Of a stretch of DNA of 64,000 bases, positions 1 to 8,965 are shown one piece after another. Where the stretch lies: contig CAVCSZ010000006.1 in assembly GCA_963605025.1 (NCBI GenBank), forward strand, positions 51 through 64,050, written 5' to 3'. How positions within the stretch are numbered: position 1 is the first letter of the stretch; every line of letters starts with the position of its first letter. The DNA comes from a bacterium. GTDB taxonomy: Bacteria > Bacillota_I > Bacilli_A > RFN20 > CAG-826. Both the position numbers and the translations under genes were made by a program. The notes under the pieces are model-generated. The model was not told the origin of the DNA and searched no databases. It saw only the letters and a program-made list of their open reading frames with translations.

Positions 1-1
1 T

Positions 2-388
2 TTATTCATATTTTTATTAAAAACAATAATTTTTATAATTTTTAAAAATACTGAAATTAAAAATTCTATATATTTAGCTTCACTAGAAAGTGAAATAAAA
101 TATAATAAGAATTTTAATGAAGATTTATATAATAAAATAAATAATAAAATTTATAAAGTTATTAGAATAGAACAAATTAAAAAAATTATTAATTTTTCAT
201 TTATTTTTTTAATATCAATTTTATTAACTGGTTTTCAAAAAGAAATCTCAATTAATTTTTTGTTATTCCATTTTTTCTCTTTTGTTTTTATAAGTGATTC
301 ATTTGATAAAATTTATAAAAACATATATGATTTAAAAGATTTTAAATATTATGATAATTTATTAAAATATTATGATATTAACTACTAA
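2..388 (+). CDS. C-terminal part of an unidentified membrane protein (5' end outside the window)
   Basis: Manual translation of frame 2 is open for 128 codons from the window edge to TAA at 386-388. That is unlikely by chance in DNA this AT-rich. Hydrophobic stretches are present (FSFIFLISILLTGF, FLLFHFFSFVFI). No family recognised. Confidence 0.5.
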   Translation, partial: LFIFLLKTIIFIIFKNTEIKNSIYLASLESEIKYNKNFNEDLYNKINNKIYKVIRIEQIKKIINFSFIFLISILLTGFQKEISINFLLFHFFSFVFISDSFDKIYKNIYDLKDFKYYDNLLKYYDINY

Positions 389-401
389 AATTGTTTAAAA
401 A

Positions 402-410
402 TGTTATAAT
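402..410 (+). promoter_or_regulatory. extended -10 element TGtTATAAT, 6 nt upstream of the ybeY ATG (candidate leaderless promoter)
   Basis: TG at 402-403, TATAAT at 405-410, ATG at 417. No Shine-Dalgarno sequence in between. Confidence 0.45.
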
Positions 411-416
411 AATTGT

Positions 417-875
417 ATGGAATTATTTATAGATAATATAACAAGTTATGATTTAGATAAGTATGAAAAACTTTATGAAAAACTATTTATAAAAACTTTG
501 AATACTTTATCTTTGGATGATAATTATATAATGTCTGTTACTTTTGTTAATATTGATAAAATTCATGAAATTAATAAAGAATATAGAAATATTGATCGTC
601 CTACAGATGTAATTTCTTTTGCTTTTTTAGATGATTATAAAGAAAAAGAAATTAAATCTGATTTCCCTAAAGATTTAGGTGAAATTTATATTTGTTATGA
701 TGTTGCGGATGAAAATCGTAAAAAATATGATAATTCTATTGAAAGAGAACTCTGCTTTTTATTTGTTCATGGATTATTACATTTATTAGGATATGATCAC
801 ATGAATGAAGAAGATGAAAAAAAAATGTTTTCTTTGCAAGATAAAATTTTAGAAGGAGAAGATCTTCATGGATAA
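417..875 (+). CDS. ybeY: rRNA maturation endoribonuclease YbeY
   Basis: 152 aa with the metal-binding motif HGLLHLLGYDH. Lies upstream of cdd-era as in Firmicutes. Confidence 0.9.
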   Translation: MELFIDNITSYDLDKYEKLYEKLFIKTLNTLSLDDNYIMSVTFVNIDKIHEINKEYRNIDRPTDVISFAFLDDYKEKEIKSDFPKDLGEIYICYDVADENRKKYDNSIERELCFLFVHGLLHLLGYDHMNEEDEKKMFSLQDKILEGEDLHG

Positions 876-1266
876 AAATGAATTAATAGCTAAAGCAATT
901 GAAGCTAGAAATTTTGCTTATGCACCTTATTCTAAATTTAAAGTTGGTGCTGCTTTAGTAACAAAAAATAATGAAGTTTTTGTTGGATCAAATATGGAAA
1001 ACGCTTCATATGGACTTTGCTTATGTGCTGAAAGAAATTGTATTTTTGGTGCATACGCTAGAGGCGTTAAAAAAGAAGATATAGTTGGATTTGCTGTTGT
1101 AGCCGATACAAAAGGTCCATGTTCTCCATGTGGAGCATGTAGACAAGTAATTGCTGAAATGCTACCAAGTGATTGCCCAATTTATTTGGGAAATTTAAAT
1201 AATGAAATTAAGGAAACTAATTCTGAAGAATTATTACCTTATTCTTTTGATGCGAGTGATTTATAA
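868..1266 (+). CDS. cdd: cytidine deaminase
   Basis: 132 aa with zinc motifs CAERN and PCGACRQ. AAGGAG at 853-858 precedes the ATG. Confidence 0.9.
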   Translation: MDKNELIAKAIEARNFAYAPYSKFKVGAALVTKNNEVFVGSNMENASYGLCLCAERNCIFGAYARGVKKEDIVGFAVVADTKGPCSPCGACRQVIAEMLPSDCPIYLGNLNNEIKETNSEELLPYSFDASDL

Positions 1267-2141
1267 TGAAAAGTGGATTTGTTACAATTTTAGGTAAACC
1301 AAATGTTGGTAAATCTACCTTATTAAATGCTCTTATTGGAAAAAAGATTTCAATTATTACTAATAAATGTCAAACAACAAGAGATGCTATTCAAGGTATT
1401 TATAATGATGATGATTCTCAAATAATATTTGTTGATACTCCAGGAATTCATAAACCTAATTCTCAATTAGATAGAATTATGGATAAATCTGCATATACAA
1501 ATATCAAAAATAATGATTTATGTTTACTTGTTGTTGATGCTTCGCATAAATTAACTGAAGAAGATGAATTTATTTTTAATTCTGTAAAAATTAATACTCC
1601 ATTAATTGTTGCTTTTAATAAAATTGATTTAACAAAAATTGATTTAATTAATAATATTAAAGAAACTTTTAAAAATAGATTTCCTGACGCTAAATTTATT
1701 GAAATAATCGCTACTGAATCATTTAATTTAGATGAATTAATAAAAATGATTAAAGATTATTTACCTGAAGGACCTCAATATTATGATACTAAAACTATTA
1801 CTAATAGAGATTTTAAATTTATGGTACAAGAAATTATTCGTGAAAAAATATTACTATTATTAAAAGAAGAAGTTCCACATAGTATTGCTGTAATATGTGA
1901 TGATATTAATTTTTATAAAGAAAAAAATATTTACGCAAAAATAGTTGTTGAAAAAGATGGCCAAAAAGGAATTGTTATTGGAAAACAAGGAAAAATGATT
2001 AAAAAAATTGGTACTATGGCTAGAAAAGATATTGAACAACTTGTAGGACATAACGTAAATCTTGAATTATTTGTTCAAGTGGTTAAAGATTGGAGAAATT
2101 CCGCAGGATTTTTAGCAAAAATCGGTATCAACAATGATTGA
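1266..2141 (+). CDS. era: GTPase Era
   Basis: 291 aa with G1 GKPNVGKST, G3 DTPG, G4 NKID and a C-terminal KH-like region. TAATG overlap with cdd. Confidence 0.95.
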   Translation: MKSGFVTILGKPNVGKSTLLNALIGKKISIITNKCQTTRDAIQGIYNDDDSQIIFVDTPGIHKPNSQLDRIMDKSAYTNIKNNDLCLLVVDASHKLTEEDEFIFNSVKINTPLIVAFNKIDLTKIDLINNIKETFKNRFPDAKFIEIIATESFNLDELIKMIKDYLPEGPQYYDTKTITNRDFKFMVQEIIREKILLLLKEEVPHSIAVICDDINFYKEKNIYAKIVVEKDGQKGIVIGKQGKMIKKIGTMARKDIEQLVGHNVNLELFVQVVKDWRNSAGFLAKIGINND

Positions 2142-2808
2142 TAAAGAAGGATATATTTTATCTTGTACACAATATAAAGATAATGATTTAATTTGTAATT
2201 TCTTTACTAATGAAGGATTGATGTCATTTTTAAATATTTCTGGCTTAAAAAAGAATGCAAAGTTAAATTGTAATATATATAAGCTTTCTTATGTTAAAGT
2301 AAAATTATATAAAGGGAATCAAAAATATTACAAAATTAAAGAATTAAATATTTTAAATTTTCACGATTTAACTAATTCAAATTTTGAAATGATATCTTTT
2401 TATAACTTTATTAATGAAATTACATTAATTATTTTAAATAATAAAATATTTGAAAATGAATTTTATGTTATATTTGATTCTTTAATGAAAAAAATATATT
2501 CAAATAACGATAACAGTCGATATTACATATTAAAATTTTTAATTTATATAGTGAATTCAAATGGTGTTATTCAAATTGATAATAATTTAAGTAATACTAA
2601 AAATAATTTAATTAAATATTTTAATTATTATAAATTAGATAATTTTTTAAATTTAATTTGCGACGAAAATGTATTAGTTTTGACTTCTGATATAATAAGC
2701 GAGTTGGATTTAAATTTATTTAAAAATTGTTTTAAAATTTTAGTTTTGATTTTAGAGACAAGTTTTAACATTAACTTGAAGTCAAAAGACCTAATTTATA
2801 TAATATAA
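2134..2808 (+). CDS. recO: DNA repair protein RecO (divergent)
   Basis: 224 aa directly after era, the conserved position. The N-terminus EGYILSCTQYKDNDLICNFFT resembles the RecO OB-fold start. Confidence 0.7.
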   Translation: MIDKEGYILSCTQYKDNDLICNFFTNEGLMSFLNISGLKKNAKLNCNIYKLSYVKVKLYKGNQKYYKIKELNILNFHDLTNSNFEMISFYNFINEITLIILNNKIFENEFYVIFDSLMKKIYSNNDNSRYYILKFLIYIVNSNGVIQIDNNLSNTKNNLIKYFNYYKLDNFLNLICDENVLVLTSDIISELDLNLFKNCFKILVLILETSFNINLKSKDLIYII

Positions 2809-2828
2809 ATGCATTTTATGGAGTTTTT

Positions 2829-4196
2829 ATGGAAAATAAATTTGAAAAAGTAATTACACATTTACAAACAACAGGATATGTTTTTCAAGGTAGCCAAATT
2901 TATGGTGGTCTTGCAAATACATGGGATTATGGACCTTTAGGTTCTGAACTAAAGAAGAATTTAAGTGATTATTGGTGGAAAAAATTTGTTCAAAATTCAG
3001 AATATAACGTTGGCCTTGATACAGCAATTTTAATGAATCCAAAAGTATGGGTTGCAACAGGACATGTTCAAACTTTTAATGATCCTCAAATTGAATGTAA
3101 ACACTGTCATCAACGTTTTAGAGCGGATAATTTAATTGGAGATCAATTTAAAGATGTCAATGTTGACGCTATGAGCATTGATGATTTAAACGAATTTTTA
3201 AAAAATCATGATGTAGTTTGCCCTGGATGTGGAAAAAGTGAATTTACAGATATTAAAAAATTTAATTTAATGTTTAAAACACATATGGGTGTTACTGAAG
3301 ATTCAAGTAATGAAGTATATTTAAGACCAGAAACTGCTCAAGGTGTATTTGTTAACTTTAAAAATGTTCAAAGAGCTACAAGAAAAAAGATTCCTTTTGG
3401 AATTGGAAATATAGGTAAATCTTTTAGAAATGAAATAACTCCTGGAAACTTTACATTCCGTACAAGAGAATTTACTCAAATGGAACTTGAATTTTTCTGT
3501 AAACCTGGAACTGATTTAGATTGGTTTAAATATTGGAAAGATTATTCTATTGATTTTGTTAAGAGTTTAGGAATAAATTCTGAAAATTTAAGATTCAGAG
3601 ACCATGAAGCTGCAGAATTAGCTTTTTATTCAAAAGCTACAACTGATATCGAATATAAATTTCCATTTGGATGGGGAGAAGTATGGGGTATCGCAGATAG
3701 AACTGATTACGATTTAAAAAGACATCAAGATTTTTCAAAAGAATCTTTAGAGTATTTTGATCCAACAACTAACGAAAAATATGTTCCATATTGTATCGAA
3801 CCATCTTTAGGATTAGATAGATTATTTTTAATGACAGTTTGTGATGCTTATGATGAAGAACAATTAGATGGTGAAGTAAGAAAAGTAATGCATTTAAAAC
3901 CATTTATTGCACCAATTAAAGCTGCAATTTTACCTTTAAGTAAGCAATTAGGTGATCAAGCAAAAGAAGTATTTAATGATTTATCAAAATATATTAATGT
4001 ATCTTATGATGAAACAGGAAGTATTGGTAAACGTTATCGTAGAAATGACGAAATAGGAACTCCTTATTGTGTTACAATTGATTTTGATACAAAAGAAAAA
4101 GGAACTGTAACAATTAGAGAAAGAGATTCAATGAAACAAGAAGTTGTATCTTTAAAAGAATTAAGAAACGTTTTATTAGAAAAAATTAATGGATAA
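2829..4196 (+). CDS. glyQS: glycine--tRNA ligase, single-chain type
   Basis: 455 aa, class II aaRS with strong GlyQS-like sequence (FRNEITPGNFTFRTREFTQMELEFF). GGAG precedes the ATG. Confidence 0.95.
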   Translation: MENKFEKVITHLQTTGYVFQGSQIYGGLANTWDYGPLGSELKKNLSDYWWKKFVQNSEYNVGLDTAILMNPKVWVATGHVQTFNDPQIECKHCHQRFRADNLIGDQFKDVNVDAMSIDDLNEFLKNHDVVCPGCGKSEFTDIKKFNLMFKTHMGVTEDSSNEVYLRPETAQGVFVNFKNVQRATRKKIPFGIGNIGKSFRNEITPGNFTFRTREFTQMELEFFCKPGTDLDWFKYWKDYSIDFVKSLGINSENLRFRDHEAAELAFYSKATTDIEYKFPFGWGEVWGIADRTDYDLKRHQDFSKESLEYFDPTTNEKYVPYCIEPSLGLDRLFLMTVCDAYDEEQLDGEVRKVMHLKPFIAPIKAAILPLSKQLGDQAKEVFNDLSKYINVSYDETGSIGKRYRRNDEIGTPYCVTIDFDTKEKGTVTIRERDSMKQEVVSLKELRNVLLEKING

Positions 4197-6000
4197 AAAA
4201 GAATTATATAACGATGTAATTAAAAAAAGTGATATTGTAAAGGTAATATCTTCATATATTCCTTTAGAAAAGAAGGGCAAAAATTATACATGTTTATGCC
4301 CTTTTCATGATGATAAAAGCCTTGGTAATTTTTATGTATCTGAAGATAAACAAATCTATAGTTGTTTTTCATGTGGAGCTCATGGAAATGTAATTACCTT
4401 TGTTAAAGAATATGAACATTTAGATAATTATATTGATGTATGTAAAAGAATTAGTTCAATTTGTGGTTTTACATTACCAGAAATCGAAAATTATAAAAAA
4501 AATAATATTGATAAAGAAAAAGAATGTATTTTAAAAATATTACAAGATATTGAAGGTTTTTATTGCGCCTCTTTATATCAAACAAACGAAGCTAAAAAAG
4601 CATTAGAATATCTATATAATCGTGGTTTAAATGATGATATTATTAAAAAATTTAAAATTGGATATTGTTTAGAAGATGGAAAAGTTTTAATTGAATATTT
4701 AAAAAAGAAAGGTTATTCAATTAAAGATATTAGTAAAACTGGTATTGTTGATTTAATTGCTAATCCTGTAGATAAAAATGCAGGTAGAATAAGTTTTCCA
4801 ATAGCTAATTTAGAAGGAAATGTTGTTGGCTTTAGTTGCAGAGCTATTACGAATCAAAAAGTTGAAAGAAAATATTTAAATACTAATAATACAAAAGTTT
4901 TTAATAAATCTTCAATTTTATATAATTTTTATAATGCATTAAATGAAATAAGAAAAAAAGGATCTGTTTATATTTTTGAAGGTTTTATGGATGCTATAGC
5001 AGCATATCGTGCTAATTTTAAAAATTCAATTGCTTTAATGGGAACTGCATTAACTAGTGATCATTTAAAAATTTTAAAAAAATTAGATGTTCAAGTTAAT
5101 TTATGTTTAGATTTAGATGATGCTGGTCAAAATGCAATGTTAAATATAGTAGATTTATTTGAAAAATACAATATTAGTTATAAATTAGTAAATAATAAGG
5201 TAGATTTTAAGTATAAAGATTCTGATGAAATTATATTTAATTTAAAAGAAAAAGGGTTAGAAAAATATTTACTTAATCTTATTGATAAGCCTGAATGGCT
5301 ATTAAATTATTATAGTAAAAAATATGATTTAAATAACTATGATAATAAAATCAAATTATTAGAATCATTTTCACCTATCATTGAAAAATGTAATGAAAGA
5401 GTAGAATATGAAAATTATTTACAATCATTAATTTATTTAACTAATTTCACATTTGAAGCAATCGATGAATTTTATAAAAAAAGAATTAAAATAGATTTTA
5501 ATTCTAATAAAAAAGAAATTAAAAATAACAATACAAAAAAAGAATCGATAATTTCTAATGATGATTTAAAAATTAATTCATTACAAAAAACATTATTAAG
5601 ATTTTCTTTAATTAATAAAAATACAATCAATGATATTAATTCTTTAAATATTGATAATGATATTTTTTCATCATCGTTATATGAAGATATATTTTTACTT
5701 GTTTGTGATTATTATAATAAATTTAATAATGAAAATATTAAAAAAGAAAATTTTATTGAATACGCAAAATTAAATAATAAAAATGATGAATTTTTAGATA
5801 ATTTAGAAAATATTTACAATTTAAAAACTTACAATGATTATTCAAAAGAATTTATTGTAGATGTAGTAAATAGATTAAATAAAACTAAAGAAAATAAAAA
5901 AAATAAAGAAATAAGATATAAATTAGCTAAAAATTCAGATACTGAAAATGATAAATATATTTTAACAGCTATGATTAATGTTAAAAAGAACGAAAAATAA
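4189..6000 (+). CDS. dnaG: DNA primase
   Basis: 603 aa with zinc finger CPFHDDKSLGNFYVSEDKQIYSCFSCGAHG and TOPRIM motifs EGFMD and DLDDAG. Confidence 0.9.
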   Translation: MDKKELYNDVIKKSDIVKVISSYIPLEKKGKNYTCLCPFHDDKSLGNFYVSEDKQIYSCFSCGAHGNVITFVKEYEHLDNYIDVCKRISSICGFTLPEIENYKKNNIDKEKECILKILQDIEGFYCASLYQTNEAKKALEYLYNRGLNDDIIKKFKIGYCLEDGKVLIEYLKKKGYSIKDISKTGIVDLIANPVDKNAGRISFPIANLEGNVVGFSCRAITNQKVERKYLNTNNTKVFNKSSILYNFYNALNEIRKKGSVYIFEGFMDAIAAYRANFKNSIALMGTALTSDHLKILKKLDVQVNLCLDLDDAGQNAMLNIVDLFEKYNISYKLVNNKVDFKYKDSDEIIFNLKEKGLEKYLLNLIDKPEWLLNYYSKKYDLNNYDNKIKLLESFSPIIEKCNERVEYENYLQSLIYLTNFTFEAIDEFYKKRIKIDFNSNKKEIKNNNTKKESIISNDDLKINSLQKTLLRFSLINKNTINDINSLNIDNDIFSSSLYEDIFLLVCDYYNKFNNENIKKENFIEYAKLNNKNDEFLDNLENIYNLKTYNDYSKEFIVDVVNRLNKTKENKKNKEIRYKLAKNSDTENDKYILTAMINVKKNEK

Positions 6001-6005
6001 ATATT

Positions 6006-6668
6006 ATGAATTCAAAAAGAATAGAAACATTATCATCTATGATACCTTCAAATGCTAAAGGTGTTTTTGATGTTGGAAGTGATCATGGATATTTATTAAT
6101 TTCTTTAAGAAATAAAAATAAAAATCTAAAATTATGTGGTGTTGAAAATAAAGAAGGACCATATAAAAACTTATTAAATAATATTGTAAATAAAAATATT
6201 ATCGGAAAATTATCTGATGGTTTAAATGATTATTCAAATGATTATGATACAGTTGTTTTAGCTGGAATGGGTTTTAATAATATTTGTAGTATAATTAATT
6301 CTAATTTGAATAAAATCAATGATATAGAATACTTTTTGATTGATTCTCATAATTTAATTCCATCAATTAGATTATTTTTCAATAATTTAGGATATTATAT
6401 TGAAAACGAAAATATAGTTTATGAAAATAACATTTATTATGAATTAATTTTATTCAAAAAAGGACATCAAAATTATTCTGATAAAGAACTAAAATATGGA
6501 CCTATTTTATTAAATAAAAAAGATAGTGTTTTAATTGATAAATATAAAAAAATTAACGATAAAATTTTAAAATTAATAAATGAAAATAAATTAGATAAAA
6601 ATTCTTATGAAAAATACAAAAAAGAATATGAAGAAAATTTAATGATTATTAATGAATTATCTATTTAA
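6006..6668 (+). CDS. trmK: tRNA (adenine22-N1)-methyltransferase TrmK-like
   Basis: 220 aa. N-terminus VFDVGSDHGYL...CGVENKEGPY matches the TrmK/YqfN pattern. Position is syntenic with Bacillus yqfN. Confidence 0.75.
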   Translation: MNSKRIETLSSMIPSNAKGVFDVGSDHGYLLISLRNKNKNLKLCGVENKEGPYKNLLNNIVNKNIIGKLSDGLNDYSNDYDTVVLAGMGFNNICSIINSNLNKINDIEYFLIDSHNLIPSIRLFFNNLGYYIENENIVYENNIYYELILFKKGHQNYSDKELKYGPILLNKKDSVLIDKYKKINDKILKLINENKLDKNSYEKYKKEYEENLMIINELSI

Positions 6669-7558
6669 AATCTTTGATGATAAGTTTCTAAATATTGTTT
6701 TATTTGATCTGCTAAATCTTTTGTAGCAGAAGTTGAAGTTATAATTCCAACTTTTCCTTTATTATCTATTATTTTATGAATATAAAAATTAATATCGAAT
6801 AAATCATTTATAAATATTGTGTCTTTATGTAATTTAACAGTGCAATATTTATAAATAGTATTAGCGTTGCTACTTGTTGAAGAGCCTACAACGATAATTG
6901 TTTTAAATTCATTTACTTTTTCTTCTAAAACATCTAATCTTTTTTGAATATTTGGACAAAAATTATCCATAATTTCGATATTATTATCTTTTAAATCAAC
7001 TGAATAATTTTCAATTTGGTCTTTGATATAAAAAGTTGATTGATTTACAATTAATAATTCATTTTTATGTTCTCTAATATCACTATAATTAAAATCAGTT
7101 TTAACATTATATTCACCTTTCAAATATTTAATAGAAGTAATACATTCAATATGATCTTTATTTCCTATATACAATACATATTTTGAATTAGAAATATTTT
7201 TTAATTTTTCATGAATTGTATTGATATAAGGGCATGTCGTATCTAAATAATTTAAATTATTATTTTTTAAAACTTCAATTATATCTTCATAATGTCCGTG
7301 TGCAGATAATACATAAATAGCTTCTTTGTCATTTATATATTTAAGTGTTTGAACTATATCATCATATTTTCCTTGTAATAATTCTATATCTTGACTTAAT
7401 AAATCATTTATAACATTTTCATTATGTATTAAATCACCAATTAAAATTATTCGTTTATTAGGATATTGTTCTTTTATTTTATAAAGTTTGTTTAAAGTTA
7501 ATTCAACACCATTACAAAAGCCATAAGGTTTAATAATTTCTGCAATAATTTTTTCCAT
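6665..7558 (-). CDS. ispH: 4-hydroxy-3-methylbut-2-enyl diphosphate reductase
   Basis: 297 aa. N-terminal GFCNGV plus further Cys motifs TCPYI and FCPNI, as in LytB/IspH. Confidence 0.85.
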   Translation of the reverse strand: MEKIIAEIIKPYGFCNGVELTLNKLYKIKEQYPNKRIILIGDLIHNENVINDLLSQDIELLQGKYDDIVQTLKYINDKEAIYVLSAHGHYEDIIEVLKNNNLNYLDTTCPYINTIHEKLKNISNSKYVLYIGNKDHIECITSIKYLKGEYNVKTDFNYSDIREHKNELLIVNQSTFYIKDQIENYSVDLKDNNIEIMDNFCPNIQKRLDVLEEKVNEFKTIIVVGSSTSSNANTIYKYCTVKLHKDTIFINDLFDINFYIHKIIDNKGKVGIITSTSATKDLADQIKQYLETYHQRF

Positions 7559-7564
7559 ATTATT

Positions 7565-7573
7565 ATTTTATCA
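7565..7573 (-). promoter_or_regulatory. extended -10 element TGaTAAAAT, 6 nt upstream of the ispH ATG (candidate leaderless promoter)
   Basis: The minus strand reads TGATAAAAT-AATAAT-ATG (ATG at 7558). No SD. Confidence 0.45.
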
Positions 7574-7603
7574 TATAATAATGAATTTTTATTAAAAATA
7601 AGT

Positions 7604-7609
7604 TAAAAT
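7604..7609 (+). promoter_or_regulatory. -10 element TAAAAT, 6 nt upstream of the helicase ATG (candidate leaderless promoter)
   Basis: TAAAAT at 7604-7609, ATAAAT spacer, ATG at 7616. No SD. Confidence 0.4.
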
Positions 7610-7615
7610 ATAAAT

Positions 7616-8965
7616 ATGAAATTTGAATCATTTAATTTAAAAGAAAATATTATACAAATTGTTAAAAATATTGGATTTACTGAAGCAACTAAAGTTCAAG
7701 ATGTTGTAATACCTAAATTATTAAAAAATAATAATTGTATTGTTAAGAGCAAAACTGGTAGTGGTAAAACACATGCATATTTAATTCCGATCATTAATAA
7801 TTTAGATTTTACTAAAGGAACTCAAGCTGTAATTATTGCTCCAACACGTGAATTATCATTACAAATATATTCATTTATTAAAGATTTTAAAAAATATTTA
7901 CCAGAATTAAATATTAAAGTTTTTACAAATGGTATAGATTTTAATAAAAATATGCATGATGCTGAAAATAATAATTCTCAAATTATTGTTTGTACTCCTG
8001 GAAGATTAAAAGCTATTAGCGAAAAAACAAATTTTGATTTTTCTAATATTAAAACAGTCATTTTAGATGAAGTTGATATGTTAAGTGAAAACGATTTTTT
8101 TGATGACATTGGAGAATTCATTGATAAATGTAATAATATAAATATTGGTGTTTTTAGTGCTACAATTAACAAAAAAGTTGAAGTATTTTTAAGAAAATAT
8201 ATTTCACCTGATTATTATTTAGATTTAGATGAAGAATTAATTCCTAAGAATATTAATAATTATCTTATAAATACAAAGCATATTAATTATTTAGATGCTA
8301 CTAAAATTTTTTTAGATAATATAAACCCTTATTTAATATTTATTTTCAGTAGTAAAAAAGAAAAAGTTAAAGAACTTTATTTATTTTTAAAAAATAATAA
8401 ATATAATTGTACTATGATTAGCGGTGATATGTCTCCTCGCGAAAGAAAATCTATTTTTAAAAGAATTAAAAATAATGAATTTCAGATAGTTGTTTGTAGT
8501 GATATTGCTGCTAGAGGAATTGATATTGAAGATGTAACTGAAGTTTTAAGTGTTGATTTACCTTCTAATATTGAATATTTTTTACATAGAATTGGTAGAA
8601 CTGGTAGAATGGGAAAAAATGGCAATTCTTACTTATTTTATGATAATGATCATCTTAAAGATATAGATAGAGTTTCAGAATTAGGAATCGATTTTGGATA
8701 TTTAAAAATTGTAAATGATGCAATTGAAGAAGATAAAAAACCAGAAACTAAAAAAAGAAAAAAATATCAACAAAAAACTGAATTAGATGAAAAAATTGAT
8801 ATTATAAGAAAGAGAAATTCTTCAAAAAAAGTTAAACCTGGTTACAAAAAGAAAGTTAAAATAGAAATTGAAAAAGAAAAAAGAAAATATAAAAGAAAAA
8901 TTATTAAACAAGATATCAGAAGGCAAATGACAGAAAGGTATAAAAAAGAAGGTTCATCAAAATAA
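7616..8965 (+). CDS. cshB: DEAD-box ATP-dependent RNA helicase (motif II is DEVD)
   Basis: 449 aa with Q motif GFTEATKVQ, motif I SKTGSGKT, PTRELS, TPGR, DEVD, SAT, ARGID and HRIGRTGR, plus a basic C-terminal tail. Sits between ispH and ispG, like Bacillus yqfR/cshB. Confidence 0.85.
   Translation: MKFESFNLKENIIQIVKNIGFTEATKVQDVVIPKLLKNNNCIVKSKTGSGKTHAYLIPIINNLDFTKGTQAVIIAPTRELSLQIYSFIKDFKKYLPELNIKVFTNGIDFNKNMHDAENNNSQIIVCTPGRLKAISEKTNFDFSNIKTVILDEVDMLSENDFFDDIGEFIDKCNNINIGVFSATINKKVEVFLRKYISPDYYLDLDEELIPKNINNYLINTKHINYLDATKIFLDNINPYLIFIFSSKKEKVKELYLFLKNNKYNCTMISGDMSPRERKSIFKRIKNNEFQIVVCSDIAARGIDIEDVTEVLSVDLPSNIEYFLHRIGRTGRMGKNGNSYLFYDNDHLKDIDRVSELGIDFGYLKIVNDAIEEDKKPETKKRKKYQQKTELDEKIDIIRKRNSSKKVKPGYKKKVKIEIEKEKRKYKRKIIKQDIRRQMTERYKKEGSSK

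Noticed and set aside
2139-2144. TGA-TAA tandem stop at the end of era as a hint of UGA read-through or recoding.
   Set aside because: Reading TGA as a sense codon would add only one residue. Other evidence (the ispG double TGA, and no in-frame TGA in long genes) supports the standard code.
2809-2828. Possible T-box or other leaders upstream of glyQS, hisS (31463-31545), aspS and valS.
   Set aside because: The spacers are 20, 83, 28 and 4 nt, too short for a T-box leader, and no GGUGGUA-type box is present.
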